Assembly: GCF_021869535.1 (NCBI RefSeq)
Contig: NW_026262745.1
Span: forward strand, 10,726,001-10,790,000
Direction of reading: 5' to 3'
Source of the DNA: Mytilus californianus
Taxonomy: Eukaryota
Length of the DNA stretch: 64,000 bases
The position numbers were made by a program, and so were the translations under genes. The notes beneath the pieces were generated by a model that made no database searches, was not told where the DNA came from, and saw only the letters and a list, made by a program, of their open reading frames with translations. Within the stretch, counting starts at the first letter, position 1; every line of letters begins with the position of its first letter. This document shows positions 1 through 12,582 of this stretch, one piece after another.

Positions 1-466
1 TGCCATTTCTACTCAAGATTCTTTCCAAGAAGAAATAAAAAGAATAAGAAGCAAAAAAACAAATAAAAAATAAAAAATAACATTATAAAAAAAGGAAAAT
101 ATGTAAATATAAAGACAGAAAAATCAACATATGATATGAATTAACAAAGACTAAAACAACATTCTATTCTACATTTTAAAGAAAAGGTGATATGTCAATT
201 TGAGAAGAAACCTGAGTTACCTGTACAGGTAAATTTTAATGAAACATACAAACTGAAAACTTCAACCCTGATTGATTTCAACAGGTAATATAATTAGATA
301 AAACATTAACCTATGTTTTATGACCCCAATAAATGGCCAACATCTCAAGATTTAATACCCCAATTAATGGCCACCATTCGATGGTGACCATACAAGAGGG
401 TGGACATAACTAAGAGGAAGTCACAGGTTGTACTGTACAACAAATATAGTTGACCTATTGCTTATA

Positions 467-1311
467 GTTTAAGAAAAACAGACCAAAACACAAAAACTTA
501 ACAGAGCAATGAACTGTGAAAATGAGGTCAAGGTCAAATAAAACCTGCACGACTGACATAAAGATCATAAAATATTTCCATACACCAAATATAGTTGACC
601 TATTGCATAGAGTATTAGAAAAAAAGACCAAAACTCAAAATCTTAACTTTGACCACTGAACCATGAAAATGAGGTCAAGGTCAAATGACACCTGCCAGCT
701 AGACATGTACATCTTACAATCATTCCATACACCAAATATAGTAGACCTATTGCATACAGTATAAGAAAAACAGACCAAAACACAAAAACTTAACTATAAC
801 CACTGAACCATGAAAATGAGGTCAAGGTCAGATGACACCTGCCAGTTGGACATGTACACCTTACAGTCCTTCCATACACCGAATATACTTGACCTATTGC
901 TTATAGTATCTGAGATATGGACTTGACCACCAAAACTTAACCTTGTTCACTGATCCATGAAATGAGGTCGAGGTCAAGTGAAAACTGTCTGACGGGCATG
1001 AGGACCTTGCAAGGTACGCACATACCAAACATAGTTATCCTACTACTTATAATAAGAGAGAATTTAACATTACAAAAAATGTTAACTTTTTTTTCAAGTA
1101 GTCACTAAACCATGAAAATGAGGTCAAGGTCTTTGGACATGTGGCTGACGGAAACTTCCTAACACGAGGTATCCATATACAAAGTATGAAGCAGCCAGGT
1201 CTTCCACCTTCTAAAATATAAAGCTTTTAAGAAGTTAGCTAATGCCGCCGCTGCCACATCACTATCCCTATGTCGAGCTTTCTGCGACAAAAGTCGCAGG
1301 CTCGACAAAAA
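467..1311. mobile_element. Helentron-associated non-autonomous element (HINE/DINE-like), family A copy 1
   Basis: Internal tandem monomers with a 147-bp period (aatgaggtc at 521, 668, 815, 961, 1117). Terminal palindrome tgtcgagc...tgcgacaaaagtcgca...gctcgaca followed by an A run. Confidence 0.75.
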
Positions 1312-1383
1312 CTGGAAAATCCCAATAAAACCCCATAACTCAGAAATGTAAAATCTAAAATTTATAAAATTCTAAAGGGAGCT

Positions 1384-1970
1384 TACGGATTGATAATTTA
1401 GTCTTAGATGCAAGATTTTTTTATCAGTTGTTAGTGGCTTTGAACTAGCTGTCAGTAACTGCGAGTACTCTCAGATCTGTACTTAGTGTCTTTTTGTTGT
1501 TTGGATGTACAACTACCCGACCACGTCCACTTGTATTTGTATTTATCCATCTGATGAGTTAAGCCTCTTTCAACTGATTTTTATAGTTTGTTCTTATATT
1601 GTACTGTTACACCACTGTCCCAGGTTAGGGGGAAGGTTGGGATCCCGCTAACATGTTTAACCCCGACACATTCTGTATGTACATGTATGTGCCTGTCCCA
1701 TGTCAGGAGCCTGTAATTCAGTGGTTGTCGTTTGTTTATGTGTTGCATATTTGTTATATTCGTTCATTTTTTGTACATAAATTAGGCCGTTAGTTTTCTT
1801 GTTTGAATTGTTTTACATTGTCATTTCGGGGCTTTTTATAGCTGACTGTGCGGTATGGGCTTTGCTCATTGTTGAAGGCCATACTGTGACCTATAGCTGT
1901 TAATTTCTGTATCATTTGGTCTCTTGTAGAGAGTTGTCTCATTGGCAATCATACCACATCTTCTTTTTTA
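1384..1970 (+). repeat. Longest copy of an abundant dispersed repeat ending ...tcattggcaatcataccacatcttctttttta (probable 3' tail of a non-LTR or Penelope-like retroelement)
   Basis: Copies in the window share this end and extend variable distances away from it, the pattern of 5'-truncated retrotransposition. The class is inferred. Confidence 0.65.
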
Positions 1971-2241
1971 TATTTACATCAACAGATATAAACAATTCAT
2001 CAAAGTCAAGGTGAGACAACAAAACTTAGTGGTAAGATCTCTGAAATTTTTTACACGGTACAAGTTTTTCTCATTATTGGAGACTGTACAGTGACAGTAA
2101 CACCTGTAACTGCTTAAACCCATTTCTTATGCACTTTAGTTCGATAAACTCACTGAATATCATACCACATCTCCTTATTTTTATATGCATTACAATTTAC
2201 ATGTGCATGTAATTATAAATATATATATATCAGAACAAAAT

Positions 2242-3430
2242 TCATTGCGTCACTTTTATTTCTGCATCCTTTGGCACAATACAAGTTCTAAAATTACACA
2301 ACATAAAACAACTAAATGTTATTTCAGATGAAAGTTTTGTTTCAGTTCCATTCATAAGATTGTGAGAATTTTGTATGTTTTGCCAAGTCCAATAATTCAC
2401 TCTATGTGCACATGTTAATTGGAGACTTTTCTATCCCGTATAAGAGTTTTGGAACTAATTCTGTTTCATTTTTTGAAAAAAGTTAGCAAACAAATCTTGC
2501 ACATTTAAACCTTTGTCTGCCATCACACTGTCACCTGGATCACATAATTGAACTACATTTTGTATTCTACATCTTTCAACTATTTCATAGTCACTGGTAG
2601 AACCAACATATGCATTAGAGACATAGTTGACTAAACCACCAGGCGTTGAACATACAAGTATTTTTAGTGTTTCTGTTTTTATATGATGAAAAGGTTGCCT
2701 GAGCTCTAGGAGCTTTAGGTTTTATCACGGGATATTCTGTGCTGTCAATAATAATCCAAGTCGTAGGAAACTTTAATTTGAAGTTGGATGGCGAAAAATG
2801 CCTGACTAAACCACTAGATGGCCAAGTGTTAGCCTCACACCACTGTTTAGGCATAAAAACAATCCATGTATACACAATATTCTTAACACTAGATTCAATC
2901 TAGAATCTAGAAAGTTCAAAGTTGGTTGTATAATGCCTCAATTTCATCAAAGTCATAAAAAAACTGATTTTCAACTGACACCCTATCAATTTGAAAATAT
3001 ATGTATCTCAAACAATGTGCTGTTGGACAAAGTGTGGTCAAAACAAATAAAAATTTAGTATACAACTCTAAACCGGTATAAAAATGCATAGCTGTGTCAC
3101 GTGTCTTCATTTCAAAATTCTCTGCTGAAAACATAGACATTGATGGTGTTTGCGTAATTCCATCTTGGAAGCTCAACATTAGCTCGGCAGTTGGTGGTGG
3201 ACAGTCATAAATCCTTTCTGCAGTATGAATGACTTCTTCAGGAAAACCAACTTTACAATCAAAACTTTCCTCTAGATTTCTACTACAATATTCATCAAGT
3301 TTAGTTCTTTTGTTTTCACAGGAAACTGCCCTGATTTTTCTTTTTGCGGACGATTAAGTCTCTTGCTTGGTCCAGGAAAATAGGCTGGGAATGGCAGTAG
3401 ACTTAAGTCTCTGTATGGTGGGTTTGCGCC
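2242..3430 (-). pseudogene. Transposase exon 2: THAP tail (RLKSTAIPSLFSW), HTH-like MHFYTGL...TLMKLR, DDE triad IIIDSTE / VMADKG / VHIE
   Basis: ttttcag acceptor at 3431. In-frame TAA at 3354-3356, then several frameshifts and stops. ORFs 2916..3179 and 2615..2875 are fragments of it. Confidence 0.82.
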
Positions 3431-4001
3431 CTGAAAAAGGTTATAAAACATTAGTTTTTTTATAATTAAATGAACTTCCATTAGCAATGTATACTTTGTA
3501 TTACCTGGCGAAATATTAACTAGATTTATTCATTACAATCTGGATAAAACTATGTTTGCCTGATTCAATGTATGTTATGTAAATCCAAAGAACAAACAAT
3601 GAGAGACTTATGCAACAAACATACATTGTCTGTACCTAAATAACTATAATATAGATGAGAGCATGTCACTGTTTTGTTCCTGTTAACATTGTCATTGATG
3701 TTTTTCAAGAAAGTCTATGAGGCATAGCTTATGCATTCCTGTCATTACTACATTAGCATAATTACTGCTAAAAATAATTCTCAGTATGATATACCTCTTG
3801 TAAGAAATCATTATAATTGTAGCAATCACCAAAAAATCTCACACAGATCACATTGAATCGTAATCCAAAAAATTATGACGTCTTGAATTAACCACCCCCT
3901 TTTATTCTAAAACGATAATTGCGGTTGTAAACATACTTTGATTTAATCGCATGGCGATTACATATATAACTATATATTTCAAAAAGAAAATAGAGTTTTA
4001 C

Positions 4002-4213
4002 CATGAATAGTTTCCTGCACGTAGTCTTTTTCAGTAAAATGTGCCTTGCAAACAACAGCTGATTGAGATGGACTCCACGATTTCATCGTGTTCTCGTCCA
4101 ATCTGCGTTTGGGCCATGGCGTTGATCCAACTTTTCCTTCTTTTTAAGTCATTTGGAAATGCATGTCCTCCTCTTAAATGACATCCAGGGACACAACAAC
4201 CAGTACTTGGCAT
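4002..4213 (-). pseudogene. Transposase exon 1, THAP domain (CCVPGC...FP...RRKSWINAM, then after a frameshift WSPSQSAVVCKAHFTEKDY)
   Basis: C2CH ligands plus the conserved P, W and F are visible after one frameshift near 4110. Ends at CATG|gtaaaa, a phase-1 donor at 4001. Confidence 0.8.
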
Positions 4214-4255
4214 CGTTAATTAAAAATGTAACTGAAATAGTTGCACAGTGCAGAA

Positions 4256-4299
4256 ACCGGAAGTTGAGGAACAGGATCGGCTACCACGGCGCCACCTAT
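4256..4299. promoter_or_regulatory. Putative transposase promoter: ETS-type ACCGGAAGT and a GGCGCCACCT motif in a CpG-richer patch
   Basis: ACCGGAAGT at 4256-4264 lies about 45 bp upstream of the transposase ATG. Function is inferred only. Confidence 0.35.
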
Positions 4300-4769
4300 T
4301 CAGGAACGATAATTTGCTACTTTATATAACTGCGAAATAACAATAACGTTAGACGGGTTCACGTGCATAGACAGAAATGCGCTTTAAATTGTATAATATA
4401 ATTAATGTTCAGTCGACTCTTAATTATTATATCAACGACTGAAATGATTTATAAACATCTAGATTGCAGATAACAATCGAAATTAACCCGAGCTCTTTCC
4501 ACACGGAATTCAAATAATTCTAGTTTGTCAATCGGTTGACTGCTTATAATGCAAAATACAAATATATCAAAAGTTTTTAAAACTAACAAAACACAATGAT
4601 CGTTTCTCTATTTACCAATGTAAATGAAATGAAACAAAAAACATTTTATATCACAATAAGAAGAGGAGAGAATTCAACATTTCCGGATCTACTTGGAGCC
4701 TAATGACCCCCCACGTAGATAAGTTGGATATCGCAAAAGGAAGGATTAACCCGGCAACTAGAAAGGCAT

Positions 4770-5416
4770 TAAAGCACTGCCTTTAAAAATGTGTCCGATG
4801 ACCCCGCCCGCAAACCAAGATGGCCGACATGGCTAAAAAATAGTACATAGGGTAAAAAGCAGTTTTTGGCTAATATCTCTGAAACCAAAGCATTGAGAGC
4901 AAATCTGACGAGGATAAAATTGTTCATTAGGTCAAGATCTATCTGCCCTGAAATTTTCAGACCAATTAGGCAACACGTTGTTGGGTTGCTGCCCTTGAAT
5001 TGGTAATTTTAAGAAAATTTTGCAGCTTTTGGTTATTATCTTGAATATTATTATAGATAGAGATAAACTGTAAACAGCAATAATGTACAGCAAAGTAAGA
5101 TCTACAAATAAGTCAACATGACCAAAATTGTCAATTGACCCCTTAAGGAGTTATTGCCCTTTATAGTCAATTTTTTACAATTTTCATAAATTTTGTAAAT
5201 TTTTGTAAATTTTTGCAAAATATTTTCCACTGTAACTACTGGGCCAAGTTCATTATAGATAGAGATAATAGTAAGGAGCAAGAATGTTCAGTAAAGTAAG
5301 ATCTACAAACACATCACCATCACCAAAACACAATTTTGTCATGAATCCATCTGTGTCCTTTGTTTAATGTGCACATAGACCAAGGTGAGCGACACAGGCT
5401 CTTTAGAGCCTCTAGT
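4770..5416. mobile_element. HINE family C fragment
   Basis: 3' end ggtgagc, hairpin aggctc-ttta-gagcct and ctagttt. The other end is missing. Confidence 0.65.
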
Positions 5417-6116
5417 TTTTTATTACATTAGTGAGAAATTGACAAACTGATTTTTCTTTCATAGTTTATTTGTTGTTGGTTTGCTGTCTATATGAAGTTT
5501 TTCCACATCTCTTCCATGCACAAATTATTTTGCAACTGGATGATTCTATTTTAAACTATGGAGAGCTGTTAATACCAGGTGTTGAAACCCAAATTTCACT
5601 AAAGTCATCCCAAGAAGTTTGTTTCAGCTGAGCAATATTGATACAAAATGTTTATATAAAATTAGTTATTAGTAAAATTCAAAGGCTACAGTTTGGCCTG
5701 TTGAGAGAAGATAAGTTAACACTGGTGTAATGTTTTATCATCCATCCCCTTAAGTTCTTGCTTGGTTTCAGTAACTACAAGTATTTGTCAAAACATTTGG
5801 TGTTTTTTTCATACGGTAACCGTTTTCTGTTTTGTTTTTGTATTATATATTTTTCAATTCAATAATATCTGTAATTAGATATAAGAAGATGTGGTATGAG
5901 TGCCAATGAGACAACTCTCCATCCAAATCAAAATTTATAAAAGTAAACCATTATAGGTCAAAGTACGGTCTTCAACACAAATCAATGTCCTGAAGCTGAA
6001 ATATTTGAAAATTTTAAAGAATTTGAGGAATTTTGTTACTGATTTCAATTTAAATTTTGTTATCAAGTAAAACATCATTTCAAACATCATCCATACATGT
6101 GTCATTAGTAACAAAC

Positions 6117-6275
6117 CTGCGTTATATCTCCTAACACGGATTTCTAACTCTCCTTTCTTGTTAGCATCATCAATGACCTTACGAACCATGGCTTGTGTCA
6201 TGATGCCGATATCACGGTTATTTACAGAAATGATTTCGTCTTTGGCTTGTACTTCACATACATCTGCAGCACTAC
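6117..6275 (-). CDS. LMO7: LMO7-like exon J, PDZ C-half: (G)SAADVCEVQAKDEIISVNNRDIGIMTQAMVRKVIDDANKKGELEIRVRRYNA
   Basis: cttttag acceptor, gtttgt donor, 159 nt, phase 1 to 1. GSAA...DEIISVN PDZ motif. Overlaps ORF 5935..6201. Confidence 0.9.
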
Positions 6276-7276
6276 CTAAAAAGAAGAAAATATTTAATTA
6301 AAATGTGTGTACTAATATATGTGTTAAATATATGTTGTCACTTGCCAAATAGTTATAATTCTTACATAATTCTATTATTAAAATCTTTCTCTTCAAGCAG
6401 AGGGGAGGAATATATTCAACCAGACATGAAAAATATTTTTCCTATCCATGATGATTGTGATCATTATTAAATTGAATGTCACTGACGACATAACTGATAG
6501 TACAACCTATGATATCAATGCCATTAATATGCTAGCTTAACTTTTGCTATGCTCAGTACCAAAATGCATGCCAAATAATAGCATAATAACAGTATAAATA
6601 TCTGTATAAAAGTAACAAGAAGAATACTAAAGGTATGTATGCATATTATATAAATAAAGATCACCCTATGTGTAATGTTAATTACGACATATCTTAAACA
6701 GAAACAGTACAATGAACTTGCTGAACTTTTCCAACAGAGAGAAGTCTATTGTAGAAATATGAAGAGAATAAAAAGGAAAATGAATGAAAAAGTTAGCATG
6801 TTAGATATTAAAGATAGATAGAAGAAAAAAATGTTTTCAGATATTTAAACTAAATGAAAACCAACCTAATTTTATTCTTCTAGGAATTTAATTCCATACA
6901 TTCCAACTAATTTTAGAATATTAAGTATCATTCAGTGTTTTCATAAAAGTGTGGATTAGGCAGGTCTTCAATTTACAAGGATGGAATACTGTTTAATTTC
7001 TAAGTTTATGTGCTTGATTTGAAGTTTTATATGCAAGGCTTGCATATATCAGTTCATATTACATTATGTCGGGAAATTTTCCCATGCTTGAGATAGGCAT
7101 TTTTCATCAGTTATACAGATAGATGAATATAATGTATGTTGACCCCTGGATGTCTTTTGTTTATTTGCTTTGTTGGGTTGCTGTATTCGTTGACATATTT
7201 ACCTATAACTTCTTCTTTTATTCATTTAGAAACCGGTTTTACATTTGTATGTTATGGTTTATGAACAAATATGCAT

Positions 7277-7319
7277 GAAAAATGTAATATGACCGAAAAA
7301 TGTAATATGACCGAAAAAT
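7277..7319. repeat. Local tandem duplication of 18 bp
   Basis: gaaaaatgtaatatgacc twice plus a partial copy. Similar duplications of 29 bp at 7673-7731 and 30 bp at 25312-25371. Confidence 0.85.
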
Positions 7320-8010
7320 ATTATTAACAGACAGATAAATGTTATAAATATGACATGTGTTATGGGGTGGTACACAGTTAATAAATAGGACAAAATATGA
7401 AACAGAAAATATAATGTATATAAATATTTCCTAAGATTAATACAAATTAGCTTGACAAGTATTATTATAAATGGTGTAATGTTACAATGTGTTTTAGCCA
7501 GAAGTTAGGTGATAAATAACAAACTATGCCATTATTTATTGTAATGTATGTTTCAGGTTTACATGTAAACAAGTTTGACCTTGAAAGATAACAGTCATGA
7601 AAGAAGTAGAATTTTAAATGATCTATAGAAGAAAATATGAACCTTCAGAATATATAAGACAAATGTGTTTCTAAAAGATTGAAATATATTCCTTGTTTCA
7701 AAAAAGATTGAAATTTATTCCTTGTTTCAAACTGGCTTTAAAAAAATATTTCAAATAAAAACTGTTAGTTTGAGCATAGTCAGGTGTTATTAAAGTGACC
7801 TAAAAAAGTGTGGTTGTGCCCTGTGACCCTTCACCTTAGTTACCAGTGTTGGTAACTATGTCTACTCACCATCTATAAATATAGAAACACCTGAATCTGT
7901 TTTGAATAATGAAATGACAATGATAAATACATGTATGATATCATAAATGAGGAAAAGATTTTTGGGATTCATCTAAAATCATACACAGAGCATGATCTAT
8001 AAGAGGGCAT

Positions 8011-8217
8011 GAATGGGGTTTGCAGAAAGGAGAATAATGGGCACAAAATAACAAAGAATTAAAAAAAAAGTGGACCAAAACAAATAAAGAATGGATAATA
8101 AGGGGGGCTAAAATATGAAGGAATAGACAATAATAAACAAAATATACAGATTAGAGAAAAATGGCCTAAAATATTAGAGAATATGAAAATGAAGATCCCC
8201 TCCTAATGCAGACCCAT
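8011..8217. mobile_element. Possible small MITE
   Basis: atggggtttgca versus tgcagacccat imperfect inverted ends around a purine-rich body. Confidence 0.35.
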
Positions 8218-10788
8218 AAGGCTGTATTTAGGTTGCAGGCATAATGTGGATGTGTCTGTAATGAACTGGGAATGCTGTACTTAAGTTGCAGGAAGAATAT
8301 GGGGTTAGACTGAAATGAACTTGGAATGGGGTGAGGTATAGTCTATATAAGCCAGGAACATTTTCAAAGATAGAAGTTATTTTAGATTCTGGTACATTCT
8401 GTATCTTATACGTTCTTTTTTTCATTAAAACAAGGTGCTTACAACTTATTTTTTCCCAAAGAGGCACCCCTTGTCTAGTAATATCCATACCATGACTCAA
8501 AAAGTAGTGCAAACATACCAGGAAAAGTCATTATTAACCTTGCAAATGACCTTTATTAATAATATTGACATGTTTTTGAGAAAGAAAAAAAAGACATGGA
8601 AATTCTTTCGTTTTTTGCTGTTATATTTGTATGTCAGTTATATACTGTAGATATATTGTTTGAGAAGACAAGTGACATGTCTTGGTCCTATGTACCTAGT
8701 ACTTAATTATGTATGATCTATTATTAACACTCATATGCAATGTTTATGCCATAAGGTAGTCATAATTTACTCGTAAATATGTCAGACAAATATTCTGTCC
8801 AGTAGGAGAAAGTCACCTATTGCCCCTAAGAACAAATTAATATCCTTTTATAACTATATTTTTTAAAAGCAATAATTTTCCTGTTTGTCTTAAGCCATAG
8901 TTTCTTGTTGAAAATCTTAATTAATATCTTTACTATAGACACTTTACTAGACCGTGTCTTACTTAAAATGACATTGAACTTTTTCTGTCTCTATTATAAA
9001 TACGTTTTAGTAAAATATCAATTAATTAATAACTTTTCAAGCTTTTTTTATAACTCCTCTGTTAATCAGAAAACTATCTTACTTTTTATCATTTAGGTCT
9101 TGGCTTTTAATCTTAAGAGCAAATAACAAAATCATACAAAATTTACTTGTGCATGAACTATGCAAAGCTTGAGTTTCCATCAAATGTCAAATCCCTTAAA
9201 TACCTATATATATGCAAACTAGGGTTAAATAGGGTGTTCACTTATTTTTGTCCGTCTTAAGATACCATAATCAAACAAATTAATCAGTGTTTATGTGTTT
9301 TTAAAAATGTTATGATGACACAAAGGCTCCAATGAAATATTTTTCTAATGGATTATCAGTTTCTTCACCTTTGGCGAAAAATGTACATGATGCAGCATAA
9401 GTAAATGAGTAAACTATTTTAAAAGAAAAAACTAACAAAAAATTATTGAAAAGCTTTTTCTTATAAAAAAAAATGTCTACCTTTACCCCTAAGCCAGGAC
9501 AATAGATAGATAAAAATATTAAAAGGTTGATATAAAAGATGTCCTTTTACACTTTTCTTATCCATTTACAAAAATGAGCTTGAAATCATTATTCAAATTT
9601 TTTTTTTAAATACAAAAAAAATAACTTTATATGATACTATCTATAACCTACATTAAAAATAATTAAATAAAGCCATCAAAATTTTAACGAGGAAAGAGAT
9701 AAGGTCAGTGCTAAAAAGGCATCAAATAAATTTCTAAAAAGAAAAAACTATAAAATAAACAGATTACCAATCTAGATAAGACATAAAGTAGCCAAAAAGG
9801 GCACTCTCAGTACTTTTAAAAAAAAACATCAGTCAATTTGTTCTTCTAAAATGTCTTACATCACGGTATATGAAAACAGAAATGGTTTAGATTAACTATT
9901 AAGATATGATATAATGTCAATGAACAGGAAGGGATGATGTTGGATGCTAGTGATTATGACCATGATGGTCATGATGGAACATGATGAAACAAAATGAGGC
10001 AATGAATATGTACTTAAATAGTATAAAACTATCATGACTGAGGATTCATATTTGTTGAAATCAAATTTTGTGGTTGGAGAAATATTTGATATTTCAAAGG
10101 GATGTATCTCAATTTTTGGTTTCATCATTTGCTCTTATAAAAGTTTAAATAAATTTGTATTTCATCAAGTATTTAAATTTGCAGTTTTTCTCTACTCAGG
10201 AAATCAACGAAAACTGGTATCCCTTTAATATCAATGAATCCACAGTAATTAAATTTCAATGCACAAAATCAAAATTTAATCATCTGCAACTCTTTTAACA
10301 AAAAATCTTACGATTAAAATCAGTCGTAAGTTATACTGAAATGATCATGACATACACATATTTTTTATTTGTAAGACTTTTTGTAAATAGATCCCCAGGT
10401 CTTTGTATGCATTGCCTCCACCAATTATTGGCTCAAGTCTTACCCTCCAACCAGAAAGATTTCATGAATACAAATATTGTATCAAAACACTATTTACATG
10501 TGAAAATGTTTTAAATGTCCTTTTATAATGGTCAGCCTAACTTAAACACAATAAGATCTGGTGGAAGGAGTAATGCTTTCTTGTGTCAAATGGGAATTTT
10601 TTTAATTCAACAGAAGAAATAGTAAAAGTGGTGACAAACAATTATAACATGACAATAAGTAAATAATGTCTTTAATAACATACAAACAAACTTACAAAGT
10701 CCAAATATTTTTTCTGACAAAAAAAAAGATTTGCTGATTCAGCTATTTTCAAAACAAAACTAGTGCCCTGTCAGTATTCTTTACCTAC

Positions 10789-10909
10789 CTAAGTTAACTT
10801 TATCAATAATCACTGGCTGTTTCTTGTCTTGTCCACCAATAACAGTTATTCCAAAACCTTTTGGATTGTGTGCCTTTTGCTTTATTTTAATATCCTTTTC
10901 AATATAATT
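10789..10909 (-). CDS. LMO7: LMO7-like exon I, PDZ N-half: NYIEKDIKIKQKAHNPKGFGITVIGGQDKKQPVIIDKVNL(G)
   Basis: tttttcag acceptor, gtaggt donor, 121 nt, phase 0 to 1. Contains the GFGI..GG carboxylate-binding loop. Confidence 0.9.
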
Positions 10910-12207
10910 CTGAAAAACAACAGCTTGAAATGATACCATTTTGCAAATTTACCCAAACAGGGAACATAAATGATATTAAAACATCTTAGAGGCTAAAAAC
11001 ACTTCCATATTTGGCATGCTTGTGTATAATGTTTGCACCCACAAAAACAATCCAGGCTTGATCAATCTGGTTCCCTAATCAGATCAACATTCCAGAGAAC
11101 ACAGTTCTATCCAGTAAGCATTTTGACATCACACTTCAATTAAATGTGTCAGTTATAAAATAATCTGGAACAAGGATCAAGAATTTCCAAAGAGTTATTT
11201 GGCATTGTTTCAATTAAATCATAAACAAATTGGTCAAAACACAAACATCCAAAAATGTTTAGATTAGATGGGTGGATAAATTTGGCTTAACCTATTTCAT
11301 ATGTATAACATACTCGTGATACTTGTTTCGATTCAAGATTTAAAATTTTAATCCCATCTCTGCAGGATATTTTTCACAACTGTGATATAACAATGTTACT
11401 ATTGTTCAATATACTAAACACAGTCATCAACTGAACTAACTACAAAGGTTTAACAAACTCTATATAGTGAAAATTATGTATTCCCTTTTCAGATATTTGT
11501 AAATTAACTGTTTCACTGAATAATGATTAACCCTGTAAATAACTGGTTCTTCTTTGCTTAACATCCAGTCCACTGAGGTGACTGGCTACAATATCAATGA
11601 TCTGTAAAGAAAGCTTTAACATAAGCCTATAATGCATTAAGAACTGTAAATTCAAAAATTTTTGCGATGTTTTTGATATCTAGAAAATAGAGGGGATAAT
11701 TTCGGCAACCTTGTATTCAAAATTTGGAGAGCATAATTTGTATGCAACATTTAATGGGATTGCAATAATTAATCTCATACTTTTGCTCATTGTTCAACAA
11801 CTGCAATAAAAAATGCCCTAAAAAAACATACAAAATACACTACATGCATGGCAATACCATAAATGAGTTTCCATCACAGATCATCTACTGTTCAGTGATT
11901 ATTGTTGGAAAAGAACATACTTAAAAGTTTTTAGTGTGACTACTGTTCTATTTATTTGTTGATTAATTGCATAATGTGTAATTTTACACCACTCGTAAAT
12001 CTGATGCCGAAGCAGACAATGATTACATAATTGACCTGCCACCATTGTTACGTGTTTATCAGTGTATAAAGGACAATTTATTTATTAGGTGATACATGTA
12101 ACTATATACGTTTCAATTTCTCATAGGTCAACTTCTGTCAACTTATTTACCATGTTTTCAATTATTTAATACCAAACAATTATAAAAGGAGACAAACAAA
12201 ATCTTAC

Positions 12208-12582
12208 CCTCGGTCTAGTTGGCTCTGCCTTCTTTTTCGGCTGTAATGTGGATCTAGCAGTTTGTGTATCTAAAATTTTAGGATCCTTAAATTTATCCGA
12301 TTTGGAGTCAACACTGAATTCAAATGTTTTTCTTGGTGGTTTTTCATACACCTTTGATGTATCATTATCTTCCTTACTTTCAAAACTTTTCAACATACTA
12401 CTGAATTTATTAGATAATCTTCTTGCACTTTGATTTGGTGGTTTTTCAGCATTATGATTTTCGTCTAATGTCCGACTACTTCTGTTTTCTGTTTTTGATT
12501 TATAAGATGTATGCTTCTCTTCCTTGTCTCTGTCAGTCAATATAGACACTCCTGATCCTGTGAATGCACTGCCCATAGATTT
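12208..12582 (-). CDS. LMO7: LMO7-like exon H, charged low-complexity linker (KSMGSAFTG...KKAEPTRPR)
   Basis: Core of ORF 12166..12576. gttatag acceptor, gtaaga donor, 375 nt, phase 0 to 0. Confidence 0.85.

Larger units (their letters stand above)
2242..4270 (-). mobile_element. Decayed PIF/Harbinger-superfamily DNA transposon (ISL2EU-like architecture), termini not identified
   Basis: A THAP zinc finger, an HTH_Tnp_4-like segment and a DDE_Tnp_4-like domain lie in one broken reading frame. No TIR or TSD found by eye, and no companion YqaJ/Myb ORF seen. Confidence 0.8.

Noticed and set aside
1-70. Possible next LMO7 acceptor near positions 8-12
   Set aside because: A pyrimidine tract is present on the minus strand, but several AGs compete and too little sequence remains to test a frame.
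1551-1580. CTGATGAG in the retro-tail repeat as a hammerhead ribozyme core
   Set aside because: No GAAA follows a stem II. Other CTGATGA sites (about 16504, 33230, and minus strand 39434 and 53561) also lack consistent stems I-III by eye. An Infernal search would settle it.
4300-4770. Second (YqaJ or Myb) ORF or terminal inverted repeat of the transposon
   Set aside because: Only a 27-codon frame was seen, with no recognisable motifs and no inverted match to the other end.
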